NCBI RefSeq assembly: GCF_009914755.1
Contig: NC_060944.1
Source of the DNA: the human T2T-CHM13v2.0 reference genome, Homo sapiens
Strand: one strand, 5' to 3'
DNA: 64,000 bases
A program made the position numbers and the translations under genes. Numbering within the stretch: position 1 is the first letter of the stretch; the number at the start of each line of letters is the position of its first letter. The notes under the pieces were generated by a model, which worked only from the letters and a program-made list of their open reading frames with translations, had not been told where the DNA came from and did no database searches. Positions 1-16,119 of this stretch are shown piece by piece.

Positions 1-74
1 TCCTGCTGTGCGGCCTGGTTCCTAACAGGCCACAGACCAGTACCAGTCCATGGCCCAGGGGTTGGGGACCACTG
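1..74 (+). mobile_element. MER1 (hAT-Charlie) 3' end
   Basis: GCGGCCTGGTTCCTAACAGGCCAC...GGTTGGGGACCACTG resembles the MER1A/B terminus. Confidence 0.75.
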
Positions 75-299
75 TCCTGTAGGGAACCTTGCTGGGCAGT
101 GTTCATGTCCATGTATACACAGCCCATGGTGTGTCTTGCCATTTCAGGGAGAGTCCCACTGGGGAACAAGACCATATAGGGTTGCCCAGGAAGCCCATGT
201 CACTTACAGAAACTAACCAACTTGGTCCTTTATTTGTAAATGTGAAACCACATTCAGGGCATTGAAAGACATCTGCAGAAAACAAATGTCACAAAAAGG

Positions 300-1441
<1,142 letters not shown>

Positions 1442-1659
1442 AGCATAAAGATTTTTAAAAGTGGCAGTTGACAATTATACAGAAGAGGCAAAGGATACTA
1501 GAAAGGCACTTAAAGAGTTATCTATGAAATCTGACACTTGGAAAATTCTCCTTTGTGCTGTAACGGTTCTGTGACTCGAGATCACCTTTTCTTCTCCATG
1601 AGTCTATTCACACTTAGTTCCTTGGTGAATACTGTTCTAAACTTTAGAACAGAATAATG

Positions 1660-1895
1660 AGAAATAGTAGCTAACAGTTATTTATACCACATATCAGGTA
1701 CTGTTCCAAGCACTCAACATGAATTAACATTAAATGTTTTAATTCTTCATCTTCATGACAACTTTATGAAGCAGTTAGTATCATTATCCGCATTTTTACT
1801 CATGAGAAAATTGGAACACAGAGAGGTTAAGTAACTTGCCCGAAGTTATACAGCCAGTAAGTGGCAGAGGTGGGAATTGAATTCAGACTAACATT
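1660..1895 (-). mobile_element. MIR
   Basis: Core cagagaggttaagtaacttgcccgaag. Confidence 0.8.
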
Positions 1896-4187
1896 AGGGT
1901 CCATGATTTAAAATTTTATAACTAACGTGGATGGGAGAGGAGGAAGAACACACAAAGGTCAGAATAATTGCAGTAATTTCCTAATCTTTCAATGCAAGGA
2001 ATCATTGAATACCATATAGAATTGATAAATCAAGAAGTAGAAGCAGACATATTATTAAAGGTAGACTTTACCATCAGAAAACTAGAATAGCCAAAACCAA
2101 GAATTAATACCACTGAAAAATGGGCTTAGGAGTAGTCTGGCAGAAGAAAACTTTGTTATGCTTCTCTTTATTATTGAAAAAAAAGTTTCACCCTATGTAT
2201 ATATTATTGCTATCACTTTAGAAACCAGTTCAATTTTCAAAAAAGATTTGATCCTGTAAGTTTAGTGAGTCACCTTGACAATCCTGAGTGGAAGGTGAGA
2301 ACATTGGCCTAAGAGTTGTGGTGAAGTATGGAGCCCACCTACAATTTCCCACTCGGCCTGCCCATCTCTGTCCAGCCAAGTCTCCCTCCATCCCCAGGAA
2401 AAGTCTGTCTGGCAAAGAGACTTCCAAGTTCAGAGCCTGGGGAGACACAGCCTTCCAAAATGAAGCCCTAAGATTCCTGGGCCATGACTGTGTCTGCCCT
2501 TCTCCTCCCAGAGGGCGAAGATGACAGATTCTGGGGCCCTGGGAATATTGGGAGGAAGGATTCCAGACACTGGAAATAGAGTTGCCAACAGAGGCACTCT
2601 GGGCACTAAAAAGCCCAAGTCTAGGCCTGGCAATGTCCCCCAGGTCCCCAGAAGACATCGTGGGGGTCACATTGCTCCAGCTTTGGGGTCTTTTTCAAGC
2701 TCACTCATCGACTATTCCCAAGGCCTGCAATCCTTCAGCCTCCTGCCACCCCTCCCCACCCACCAGTGTTGGTTTTCGCCTTGGCTGTAGGTCCCTGGGG
2801 TTCCAGGCCCCTGGATTCCATCCCTGTGGTTCTCACCGTGAGTCATGGTGGCTCTGCTGTGCCGTCCTCGCTATCTCGGGGAACCGGAGATCCCCCTTAA
2901 TTCCCTCCAGCTGTGTCTCTACAGGGCTGAGGTCATCCATTCTGGCTCAAGAGGAAAGCAGAGAGTTTGTTGTGTCTTTGTTTCATTCAAATGGTTTGGA
3001 CGGTGACTCACTCCATTTCTTCTCTCTTTTCTTTTTAAACCAGGGCACCGTCTGGGAGTCGTTTTTGATTAGAAGTTGACCTCAGAAATATGCTCACATC
3101 ATTTTGAAAGCATCTTCCAGCACCACAGAAATCGACTCAGATGGAGAAAGGACACTGAGTGGACAGGGGCCAGGATGGGGCGTGGACGCTCTGCCTCTGC
3201 CGGGGACAAGGCCTTCCCACAGACTCCCTGGGGTGTTGCCAGCCTGAGTCAGAGGTAGGAGGCCAGCCCTGTCGAGCCCCCATACGCTTATGTATTGACC
3301 TGGGGCCAGTGCTGTGGATGGCAATGACCATCATCATCACCATCGTCATCATCAACACTAGCTACTATTATCAAGTGCTTATTCCAACCCACATGGTTTC
3401 TAAGGGAGTCACATGAAGTGACCTCACATCATTCTCACAGCATCCTGCCAGGCAGGTACCATTGGCGTTTGCCATCTGAGTATTATCACCATCTGAGGTC
3501 CCACTCAGGAGCTGGGCATGTCGGTGAGTAAGGTCATGCCCTTGACCCACTGGGTGCAGGACCCTCCAGTGGGTGGAATCACGGGTCTCATTATGAATGT
3601 GAAGCTCCCAAGGCAAGGTCTGCCTGGCCCTGAGGCAGCAGGTATGACCCTGGTGGGGTGGGAAAGGGAGGTCAGAGGTTGTGAGCTGGACCTGAGTCAG
3701 GTCAGAGGTTCAGTGGTATCTGGGAAGTGGCTCCAGGCGGTGGGCTGTTGGCTGCACAAGGATGGAGGGTGGCAGAAAGCTGTGCTTTACCGAGGGTTTT
3801 GCTGTGTTTTTTTTTTTTCTACTGTGTGCCTGGAAGTGTGCAGACAGGCACGGCATGTCCATTTCCCCTGCAGGCTACTGGAAGAGATAAGGCTGGGAGG
3901 CAGATCACACTTTCCACCTTGAGATAGACACAGAAACCGAGCAGAAGAATCCAACCGGGGATTAGGGAAAGCTCCCTGGGGGTACTGGCTTTGGAGCTGG
4001 GGGAGGTGGGATAGACCTCTACACAGAGAGGACCGGGCACCTGTGTGCAGGGGAGGAAGCTGCTCCACTTGGCAAGTGCGCAGCTGTGGGAAGGGGACTC
4101 CAGGAAACAAAATCCAAACTGCAGGCTGAGAAGTCTGTGAAGTTCTAATCACAGGAGTAGCATGGTGAAGAGAGATGTGGTGTCTCA

Positions 4188-4534
<347 letters not shown>

Positions 4535-4629
4535 GCGATAGCAGCTCATCGAATGGAGACTTGCAGCCCTGGCATCTTGAAAGCCCCTTTGCAGGTCGCA
4601 TGAATGTCTAGGCATCTGTGCTTGGTCAA

Positions 4630-5075
4630 TGTATTCATTTTCTGGGGGTGCCATGACAGATTACCACACACCGGATGGCCCAAAACCATCCTTTTGCAGT
4701 TCTGGAAGCCAAAAGTCCAAAATCCGTGTGTCAGCAGGGCTGTGCTCCCTCTGAAAGCTCCACAGGGGCATCTTGGCCAGCTTCTTCCAGCTTCTGATGG
4801 CTCCAGGGATTCTTAGCTTGTGATAGTAGAATTCCAGCCTCTGTCTCCATCTTCTCCTGAACGTCTCCTCCATGTCTGTGATCTCTTTTCTTCTTTAAAG
4901 ACACTTGTTGTTAGGTTTAGGGCCCACCCAGATCATCCAGGTGATCTCACCTTGAGATCATTAACTTAATTCCATCCACAAAGACCCTTTTTCCAAATAA
5001 GTTTACATTCACATGTTTTTTACTGGATTTGTCTTTTGTGGGGCGGGGGTTGGAGGGAGTCATCACCATTCAACA
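4630..5075 (-). mobile_element. MLT1 (ERVL-MaLR) solo LTR
   Basis: Starts tgtatt..., contains cagttctggaagccaaaagtccaaaatc and aagacccttttccaaataag. Confidence 0.75.
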
Positions 5076-5139
5076 CCCTCTAGTCTATAAGGTCTATTCC
5101 CTGCCCTGCTACTAAGTGGGAGTTCCTGGAGAATAGCAA

Positions 5140-5620
5140 TTGTGTGTTCATTCCTTCCTTCCTTCATTCCTTCATTCTTGTGTCCCACAGATATTGATGT
5201 AATGCCTACCGTGTTCCAGACACGCTGCGAGGCCCTGGGGATGCAGCCACAATCCCAACAGATCTGATGCCTGCTCTCATGGAACTGACTTTGCACTGGG
5301 GGGAGGCCAACTCCACGAAAACAGAAACTGGATGACACATTGGAGGGAGAGCAGTAAAAGGAGCAAGCAGAGAGCAAGAACAACAGTGTTGCCATGGGGC
5401 GGGTGGACCCGCTGTAGCCAGGGAGGGCCTCTCCGAAGGTATAACAGGTAAGCTGAGCCCTGGATGCTGAGAAGGACCAGCCTCAGGAGCAGGGCCCCTC
5501 TGCAGCAATGCCTAGTACAGAGGCTTAGAGAAGACATGGGCACGTGCACCAGGCATCCCATGGGCAGGGCTACCTGAGTTCCATATGTGTGTGGAGAGGT
5601 CCCGCAGGGCCTGGGTGCGT
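5140..5620 (-). mobile_element. L2 3' fragment
   Basis: cattcc tail followed by ...ctctcatggaactgac, typical of the L2 3' end. Confidence 0.6.
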
Positions 5621-5837
5621 GACGAGGATGAATAAAGTGGGTGGAGGGTAATGCCACAGTGAGGGGCAGATGGTGGCCAGTTGACAACACGTGCCCCCAT
5701 CAAAGAGGTGGTTGCTACTCAGCTCTGACTCATGGTCACCAAAAAGGATGTGGGGCGAGTGTGGCCAGATCATCTAGTTCTTCAAAAGAAAGTAGAAATC
5801 TAAACACTTTTTTTTTGGTAAAGACATCTGAATTTCA

Positions 5838-6227
<390 letters not shown>

Positions 6228-6651
6228 TCACCATTTTGCAGCCTTTGGGTGGAAAGCCGGATTGGACTGCAGCAGCCTAGTACTCAAGGAGAGGGCACGG
6301 CAGGGAGAGGAGACAGCAGCGGAAAGGCCTGAGCTGGGACAGTCGAAGAGCTGTGAGCGGCTTGCTATGGCTGAAACGTAGTTTGAGTGTGACCACAAAA
6401 CATGGCAGACTGTGACCACATTGCAAGGATCTCGGAGGCTTGGTAAAAGGGTTCTCTTCCCCGGAGATGTGGCACAGTGTCCGATCCCCGTGCCTTTCCT
6501 CATACAGTGCCCTCCCCCCTTTCTCCGCATGTCTACGTTCTGACTCTAGTGCCACTTTTTCCACAGTCTCCCTGGTCCCCCTCCCACCCACCATCAAGAT
6601 GGGATCTCTCCCTCCTGGGAGCACCTACTGCACTTTGCTTTCATTCATTCA

Positions 6652-6972
<321 letters not shown>

Positions 6973-7839
6973 TCATTCATTCATTTATGTGTTCATTTAC
7001 TCAGCAAATATTAGAGTGCCTGCTCTGTGTCATGGGGGTTGGAGGTGGAGGACTGAGGACACAGAAGTCAGCCCAAGGGACACAGTGGGAGCCCACGCAG
7101 AGTCCTCATCTTCAGGGGACTCAGAGTCCAGCAGTGGGGAGATGGGTTACATGATCACACACCACATGTTAAGTTACAACTTCAGTGGGTTCTGGAAGGA
7201 GAAGTGCTGAGGGGGAGATGAGTAAGGCCAGAAGGGCTTCCCAGAGGAAGGGGCAAGGGCTGAGCTCTGAGGATGCATCTGAGTTATCCTAAAGGCATTG
7301 GAAGCACTGGACAACTCAGCTTTCCTCCGGGAGGCACCATGCTAATGTGTGCCCTTGGAAAGCATCACTGTCTCAAAGGGGCTGGAGGAGGCTGTTGTGG
7401 CCATCTGGTGAGAGAGGACAGGGACTGGACCACAGGACAGGATTGGAGTGTGACCCATAGATGTGGAGAGACGTGGGGAGAGTCCAGAGACTCGGAGGAG
7501 GCGTGGAAACCATGGCGTGTCCTTGCTTCAACTCCCCTCTGAGATGGAAGCTCTGGATGCCAGAGATGGTTTCCTTGCTGGGTGACCCAATTCAGCAAAA
7601 AAGAAGGGTGACCTAACGATCAGAATCAGACTGCCCCAAATCGAGCCTCCAAGACTTCACTTCTCAGCTGTGTGATCTGTAAAATGATGACAGCAACAGC
7701 AGTACCACTTCATAGGCTTGTCCTGAGGTCTCGGTGAATGATCTCTGAGCTGCGGAGCACATGGTACCCACTCACTAAGCAAGAGCCAAACTTCACGAAA
7801 GAGTATTTACATGTTAACAATGTCATTCACATGTCAGCA

Positions 7840-8555
7840 TGTAACCGCCAGTGGGTTCATTTTGCCACTGCCCAGATAGAGCCAATGTATCAAGACGGGA
7901 ATTGCAATAGAGAAAAGAGTTTAATTCACGCAGAGTCGGCTGAATGGGAGACCGGAGTTTCATTATTACTCAAATCAGTCTCCCTGAAAAATTCAGAGAC
8001 TGGGGTTTTTAAAGGATAATTTGGTGGGCAGGGGGGCAGGGAGTGGGGAATGCTGACTGGTTGGGTTGGAGATGAAATCATAGGGGGTCGAAGCTGTCCT
8101 TTTGCACTGAGTTGGTTCCTACATGCAGGCCACAGGACCAGATGAGCCAGTTGATCAATCTGGGTGATCCCAGCTGAGTGCAGGGTCTGCAAAGTCCCTC
8201 AAACAGCAATCTTAGATTTTATAATACCAGTGTTATAGGAGAAATTGGGAAGTTTAGGGATATTTTGGCCTCTGGCTGCATGACTCCTGAGCAGTTAACT
8301 TCTGATCTTGTGGCTCACTTGTTAGTTGTACAAAGGCAGTCTGGTCCCCAGGCAAGAAGGAGGTTTGTTTCGGGAATGGGCTGTTATCATCTTTGTTTCA
8401 AAGTTAAACTATAAACTAACTTCCTCCCAAAGTTACCTATGCCCAGGAATGAACAAGGGCAGCTTGGAGGTGAGAAGCAAGATGGAGTCGGTTAGGTCAG
8501 ATCTCTTTCACTGTCACAATTTCTCATTGTCACAATTTTTGCAAGAGTGATTTCA
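7840..8555 (-). mobile_element. LTR8-family (ERV1) solo LTR, about 716 bp
   Basis: TG...CA termini. Minus strand starts TGAAATCACTCTTGCAAAAATTGTGAC...CCTAACCGACTCCATCTTGCTTCT, as in LTR8. Confidence 0.8.
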
Positions 8556-10796
8556 ATCAGAGCAGTGCCCCAAACATTTTTTTGTTAATAATTTGAAGGA
8601 TGTTTATTTTAGAAAACAAAAAGGACATCAAGGTAGCCATCACGCAAAACTCCGAAGTGTCTTAGACTTCCTTACTCTTACTGTACAGCATTATGTTGGG
8701 TTTGAATTAATTAGGGGGCATGGGGCATCCTGATCGCCTCGGGATTTGTGGCTTTAAAAGTCTCCGGAGAGGACTGGCAGCAGTTCCCAGGGATGTGTGC
8801 CATTGTCTGGGACAGAGCAAGCCGAGTTCGTTGAGCTACAGCCTATGGTCCAGGGACCTGACTTGGCTGGAGGCTGGACACGTCCTACTTCTCTTAACTC
8901 AGCAAATGGACGGAGGTCAGGGAAAGGTTGACTCGGGGTAGGGGCTGGAGGAGGTTGCAGGGAAGCCTGTGGAAGCCACTCTTGCAGCAGGTCCCGGGAG
9001 AGCCCCAGGCCCTGGATCTGAGCGTCCTCAGTGGGGCTTGGGGATCCGTACCTCTAGAGGGCAGTGGGGCTCCACCAAGAGTCCCTTCCAGTGTCTTCCC
9101 AGTGGCCAGGAAATACTCCTCACCTTAGAACGGGCCTCCCTGCTCAGCCTAAAGGGAAATTTCTACCCACAGGTTGCCTTGGCTGGGCGCAGAGGATGGA
9201 TCTTTCCACATCCAGTTGTTTGTGCGGGGGAAAGCTCATTAGGAAGGAAAGTATCTAGTGTCAGTAGCATGTGAACGTTTCCAAGCACAGAAGCCCGACA
9301 GCTGTACCTACTTAGGGGGTACCTGGGGACTCCGGGCCACACAGAGGCCATCTCCCACCAGCCTGGCCAGGGGGAAGTCAGATTTCTGGGGCTCATAATG
9401 TTCACATGGAGAAAACGTGCATTTCTACTGGAGTGTTCTTGGCCAGACTCAGGCTTTTAGATTCCCCAAAATAAATCTCCTCGACGGTTCACCCCTGCCT
9501 GCTCCTACCCCTCGTTCTTGCTTGGCAAACAGGGAAGTCCCTGGATGCATTTTGGTCCAGAGATCAGAGCCCCCAGGGATCAGAGCCTCATGGGCTGCAC
9601 CCTCTAAGGGCCACAGAATCCCTGTTGGGGGCAAGGTTAGGGGGCGCAAGCATATCCACTTTGGGTGCACACAGACCTGGGTTCAAATCGTCACTCTGCC
9701 ACTGCACAGCTGCAGGGTCACCAGCTTGCGCCCACTCTGAGCCTCCAGCTCATCTGAGAAATGAGGAAAGCCCCACCTTACGGGATGGCTGCAGGGCTCG
9801 GGGACAGAAATCCTGGAACCAGTATATATAGCACAACACCAGGCACATCACAGCCCCTGCCAGAAGCACCACCAGCCGCACCCTCCCTGCTGCTAATTTT
9901 TCCCGAGGCACCCATTGCTGAACTCTTCTGTTCTTATGGTTTATACATTCTATCCTTCCTGCTGGGACACAAGCTCCACTGCCGTGTCCAAAACACTCTG
10001 TTCTAGGCACAAGGTTGGCATCAAAAAATACCTGTTGGGTGCATAAATGAATGCTTTGGAGCTCGTATTACAGTTCTCTGGGCCTCAGTTTCCCCAGCTG
10101 TGCAATGCGGATGATGGCATTAGAAGTGTCAAAGGTGGCTTCAGATGGATTGAGCAAATGTGCAAGAGCACCCAGCCCAGGCAGGCAACAGATGCAAATC
10201 CACTCTCCCAATCAGATTCCGAGGTTGTCTTGGGCTTTACGATGGAGTCAGGAGAATCGCCACCCTCTGGCCTCCAAGTGCAGCTCAGAGGGATGGGTCA
10301 CTGGCCAGGCATTGATACAGACTCACCCAACAAGGCCTGCAAGTTCTCTGAACAGGCGCCCTCATGTTGGATCCTCCCAGGGGCCAGGCAGGGAAGACTG
10401 AGGCCAGGAAACACCCCAAGGCTCAGAGAGGTGGGGTCACTGGGCGAGGCTGTCTTGGCCGTTTCTCTGCATAAAGCAGCCAGGGGCTGTGAAACTCCAA
10501 GGTGAGAGGTGGCCCATGGGTGACAAACGGGAAATGGAAGGCCAAAGAAGTGTGAGTGCACCGGGGAAGCAGGGTGTCTTAGTGGGAAGAATGTGGGCTC
10601 TGGGATCAAGGAGACCTGCCTTCCGGCCTGCCTCAGCCACTCACCATGCAACCCCGGGGAAGCCATATCACCTCTCATTTCCTAATCAGTGAAATGGAGA
10701 TAACAAGAGCCCTTGCTCTGCAGAGTGCTGGGAACGGCTCCTGCAGCGGCTGGCACACACTTGATAAGCAGTTAGGAAAGAGCAGATATTACTCTT

Positions 10797-11235
10797 TGTA
10801 TGAGTTCTCTCTTGTTGCCATAACAAATTACCACAAACTTAATGGCTTAAAGCAACACAAATTTAACATCTTACAGTTCCGGAGGGCAGAGGTCCTAAAA
10901 TCAAAATATTGGCAGGGCTGCCTTCCTTCTGGAGGCTCTAGGGGAGATTCTGTTTCCTGCCTTTTCCAGCTCCTGGGGCCATCTGTTTTCCTTGGATCAT
11001 ATCACTCCGATCTCTCTGTCCATCATTACATCTTCTCTGACGGTCCTGCCTCCATTCCATAGGGATCCTTGTGATTCCACTGGGTCTACCTGGATAATCC
11101 AGGATAATCTCCCTGTCTCAGAGTTCTTAACATCATCACGCCTGCAAAATCCCTCTTGCCTTATGAGGTAACATATTCACAGGTTCTGGGGATTAGGGCG
11201 GGGACCTCTTTGGGGCCATAATTCAGCCGACCACA
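10797..11235 (-). mobile_element. MLT1 solo LTR
   Basis: tgtatgagtt...ttgccataacaaattaccacaaacttaatggcttaaa...attcagccgaccaca. Confidence 0.85.
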
Positions 11236-11504
11236 CTGTTCTTATGATGCCTCCCATCCTGGCCCTGCTCCACTGTTCCTCCAGCAGGCACTGTCTATCT
11301 CTGTCTCTCTCTTGCTCTAGCCTTGACACCAAAGGAGTTATTTAGTTCTAATTTGGGGTTCTGGTTGGATGAATTGCAGGAGAAAGCTTGTGTCTCCTCA
11401 AACATCCCCCCATTGTCCCCGGACCATACAGGTTGTAGTCAAGGGACTTGTTAGAAGGCAGGCGGCAGCCAAGAATTCCAGAGAAAGCTGCATGGGAAAT
11501 GTCC

Positions 11505-12080
11505 CCATTCATTCATCAAATATCAGAGCACCTACCACATGCCTGGCACTTCTGGTCACTGTGGGCACAACTGTGGACTGGGCAGACTTGACTCTGCCCT
11601 CGAGGAACTGACCTTCTCGGGGGAAGACAGGTGGGAGAGTGATCCTATCATAGGCACTCAACCCAAACAAGACCCCAGGTATTGCGAGGGAGGGTGGTGG
11701 AGCAGATACATTAGCTAGGGTGGCCACGGATGGCCTCTTTGAGGAGGTGGAACATGACCCAAAGAGCCATGCAGGGGATGGGGGAAGTGCGTTCCAGGCA
11801 GAGGGCTTGGCAAGTGCAAAGGCCCCGAGGCAGGAACGTGTTTGGCTTCTTCAAGAAACAGCAAGATGGCAGCGTGGCTGGAGGGATGAGGTGGTCTGAG
11901 AGTAGCTGGGGGCCAGATCATAGCAGGACCCTGGCTTTTATTCTGAGTGAGGTCAGGGCCTTTGGCGGGCTTTAGCAAAAGGTGCTATCATCTGGCTCAT
12001 ATTGAAAAGGATCCCTCTGGCTTCTGTGAAGGGAACAGACGATAGCAGGCCAGAAACCAGGAACCCAGAAGGAGGCTACA
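11505..12080 (-). mobile_element. L2 fragment
   Basis: cattcattcatcaaatat...gagcacctac and ccaggcagaggg...tgcaaaggcccc. Confidence 0.7.
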
Positions 12081-12649
12081 CAGGCAAAGGAGTAAATTGA
12101 GGAGAGTTTTAATGGATTATTCACAAAGGCACAGGAGAGAGGGGAAACGTAATGCAGCTGTCAGCACTGGGGCACCTCTGCCGCCCCAAGGCCCGAAGAG
12201 GTTAAGGAGGAGAGCAGTTTCTGGGACCGGGAGGGATGGCACCCCATGGAGAGGGCCACTTGGAGAGACAGTGGCCTTTGTTGAGGGACATATCCAGGCC
12301 ACGGCATGAACACCCAACTTCCATCTCTTGCTGGCACCTCCTATTGAAGGAACCCTCTGAAAGCCAGAGGTGCCCCAGAGAGGCTGGTCATATGGTCCGC
12401 CTCCCAGGCCCAGAGAGCTGAGGGTGAACCTGGAGGGCAAATGGAAGACACTGGAGCAAGCTCCCTGCCCAGCTCCCTGAACGCAGGGCAGCTGACACTG
12501 TAGCCTCTGTGCCTGTAGTCACCGTTGCTGTCTAGCTTTAGAACTTGGATCCTTGAAAAAAATATTAGGGCTGCTGCTCCATGGCAGCCCTGTGCAGAAC
12601 ACACCAGGAGGGAGAGGGAGAGACACGGAAGATGTAGCGTGCCCCCTGC

Positions 12650-13040
12650 CTCCTTAGGCTGTTCTCCCATTGCTATAAAGAAATACCTGAACCTGGGTAA
12701 TTTACAAAGAAAAGAAGTTTAATTGGCTGATAGTTCCACAGGCTGTGCAGGAAGCATAGTGGCTTCTGCTTCTGGGGAGGCCTCAGGAAACTTACAAACG
12801 TGGTGGAAGGCTAGGGGGAAGCCAGCACATCACATGGGCAGAGCAGCAGGAGCAAGAGAAGGGTGGGGAAGTGCTACACACTTTTCCATGACCAGATCTC
12901 ATGAGAACTCACTATCACGAGAACAGCACCAGTGGATCCACCCCCATGATCCAATCGCCTCCCACCAGGCCCCACCTCCAACACTGGGGATTACACTTTA
13001 ACGTGAGATCTGGGCAGGGACATGGATCCAAACCATATTA
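12650..13040 (-). mobile_element. MST (MSTA/B-like) solo LTR
   Basis: cattgctataaagaaatacctga...cctcaggaaacttaca...ccaaaccatatta. Confidence 0.85.
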
Positions 13041-13355
13041 TTCCCCCAGCTCCATCTTTACAGAGGGTAGAGGGGCAGGAGGCATGAGGGGAGGGGCCGG
13101 GGAGGGACTGAGAGGGGCAGGAGCGGCACTGAGTGGCTTGCAGCAGATGAGGGGGTCACACCTGTAGTGGCTTTGTTCCGGGTGTAGGTAATGATGTGTT
13201 GTTACTTTAAGACTTTTTCTTGGTAATAGATTGTGTGGTTACAGATTTCAAGCAGTACAAATGGATATGGAGCGAAAAGCCCCTCTCGTCCCCTCCCCCA
13301 TGCCCCTGGACTCCCAGGACCATTAGTAATTCTGAAATGTCTCTCAGAAAAAGCA

Positions 13356-13655
13356 CGTGTGTGTGTGTGTGTGTATACAGTGTGCAGGTATGCAGTACGT
13401 ATGTGTATTCAGATGTGTGTGTATACAGTGTGCATGTATGCAGTATGTATGTGTATACAGATGTGTGTGTGTATACAGTGTGCGTGTATGCAGTATGTAT
13501 GTATATGCAGATGTGTATACAGCATGTGTATATGCAGTATGTGTGTTTGCATTGTGGATGTGTGTGTTTGTATGCAGTGTGTGTATGCAGTATGTGTGTA
13601 TGCAGTGTGAATTTATGTCATTGTGTGTGTATGAGTTTATGTCATTGTGTGTGTT

Positions 13656-13687
<32 letters not shown>
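13356..13687. repeat. Complex (TG)/(TA)-rich minisatellite ending in (TG)n(CG)n
   Basis: About three copies of a ~48-50 bp unit (gtgtatacagtgtgc.tgtatgcagtatgtatgtgtatacagat) followed by degenerate copies. Confidence 0.9.
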
Positions 13688-13777
13688 GTCATCCCATGAA
13701 TGGGACGCACAGGTCTGCACTTTGCGTTTTCCCTTGCCGGCCACTGTTCCAGGCACTGGGGTGAAACACAGCAGTGA

Positions 13778-13951
<174 letters not shown>

Positions 13952-14069
13952 TAGATAACAGGTTAGACAGAGGGAAGGCCCATGAGGAAGGATGAGGCCA
14001 GGAGACACAACAGAGCAACAAAGGAGCTGACCCTAAACACAACCCGAGGAAACAGGGTGTTTTCCTCAC

Positions 14070-14498
14070 TGTACTGGGTTGAATCGTGGCCCCCTCAAAA
14101 GATGTGTTCTTGTGGTGGACGCTGGTACCTGTGAGTGTGGTTCAACTTGGAAGAAAGGCCTCTACAGATGTCACCACATGAAGGGTCTTGGCATGAAACC
14201 ATCCTGGATTAACCAGGTGGGTCCTAAATCCAAAACCAAGTATCCTTATAAGAAGAGGAGCCCATGTGAAGATGGAGGCAGAGATTGGAGTGATGCAGCC
14301 ACAGCCAGGGAACACCAGGAACCCCCAGAAGCTGGGAGGGGCCAGGAAGGGTCCTCCCCACAGCCTTCAGAGGCATCACGGCCCTGTAGCACTTGGTTTC
14401 AGAATTCTGGCCTCGAGAATTACGTAAAGATAAATTTCTGTTGTTCAAAGTCTCCCAGTTGATGGCAATTTGTAGGCGGCCCTAGGAAATGAATGCAC
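14070..14498 (+). mobile_element. MLT1 solo LTR
   Basis: tgtactgggttgaatcgtggcccc...ataaatttctgttg...ctaggaaatgaatgca. Confidence 0.8.
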
Positions 14499-15737
14499 AC
14501 ACCTATTCTGTTCCAAAGCTGCGTTGGATCCCCCTACGGGCGTCCGCCAGGCGTCAGGTCACCAGGGCTGTGAGGATGGGTGTTCTGATTGTTTATATTT
14601 TTCTGCTACTTCAGTAGACCAGCCTGAGTATCTGTGTGTGTCTTTGGGTGCGTCGGGGGTGTTTCTAGAGGAAGACTCGCAGGTGTTCCACTGCTGAATC
14701 ATAGGGTCATTCATTGTTGATCAAGATCTTGGGTGGAGTCTGGGCGCCGCGATTTTAGCATCGAGGAAGAGGGACCATTGGCTGAAGCCGGGGAAAGTAG
14801 GTAGCATGGGTGACCTGAAAACCAAGAGCAAGGGGACAGTTTGAAGAAGTGGAGAGAACACCTCAGAGCCAAACGCCACTGGAAAGTCCAGGAAGAGAAG
14901 AAATGAGAAGAGTCCATTTGATTCGCTGACAAGGGAGGGCGCTGGTGGCTTGGCAGTGAGGTAGGCGCAGAAGTCCCAGCACAATGGCTGGGGAGTGAGT
15001 GAGCAGGAGCAGGGGATGAGAGGCAGCAGCAACTCCTTCTAGACCCTTGGCTGGGAGGCGTGGGGAAAGCCAGGCTGGTGGCTGGAGGCAGATGCGGGTT
15101 CGATGGATGATTTTTTTTCTATTTTTATTTCTGGTTGATTTAGACAAGGGACACCTAGCATGTTTGAACCTTGATGGTTGGGAGCTGGGAGAGAGGGAGG
15201 GTGAAGATAAAAGAAAGGGATTAACCAGGGTGTCCACGTGGGCAGGGACGGCTCCTCTCGAATCCTCGGGGGGACGGGGGTGGTGGAGGTGGGATGGAGG
15301 GTGGGGCAGCTCTTCCTCACCGGATGAAGGGTCCAGCTGCGGAGACTCTGTGATGTGGAACCCTCTGATCGGGCCTGTGTGCGGCAGATGTGTGAGCACC
15401 AGCTCTGGGTGGCCCAGGGGTAGGCCAGGCCAGGTCACTGGTGGCTCTAAAAGCTACATGAAAGGGGTCATTACAGAGCTTTAAACCTAACTGTGATGGC
15501 GACCCACTGGAGCCTCAGAACCATTATCTGGCAGCTGCGTGGAGAATGGGCTGGGGAGGTATGGAAACCAGTTAGGGGGCGGACATGCTGGTCCATGTGG
15601 CCCAGTGGCTGCCACATGCCTGTTACGTGTGGAGTTTACCAGGCGCCCATCTGCTTTGTGGCGATGCTGGTGGAAATGCCTATTATAACACAGATACAGA
15701 AAATGCTGTGGTGTGTTTTGAGATAAAAATCACAAGC

Positions 15738-16024
15738 AGCCGGGCGCAGTGGCTTACGCCTGTAATTCTAGCACTTTGGGAGGCTGAGGTGGGCGGATCG
15801 CCTAAGACCAAGAGCTTGAGACCAGCCTGGACAACATAAGACCTCCATCTCTATGAAAAATTAAAAAATTAGCCAGGTGCACTGATGTGTGCCTGTGGTC
15901 CCAACTGCTCAGGAGGCTGAGGCAGGAGGATCGCTTGAGCCCAGGAGGTCAAGGCTGTAGTGAGCCTTCATCATTCCACTGAACTCCAGCCTGGGTGACA
16001 GAGTGAGGCCCTGTCTCAAAAAAA
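15738..16024 (+). mobile_element. AluJ
   Basis: ggatcgcttgagcccaggaggtcaaggctg; TSD TCACAAGC. Confidence 0.9.
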
Positions 16025-16119
16025 CTCACAAGCTCTAGGAGACAAATTGGACTTGAATCTTGACCCTCCCCCAACCCCCGACAGACTATGTGGCCTCAGC
16101 CTGGTTACATGACCTCTCT

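Noticed and set aside
13220-13764. Cys/Val/Met-rich ORFs in three frames
   Set aside because: Artefact of the TG-rich repeat, which lacks stop codons.
14863-15484. Longest ORF (191 aa) and its antisense partner
   Set aside because: GC-rich intergenic sequence, non-ATG start, low-complexity composition and no recognisable family.
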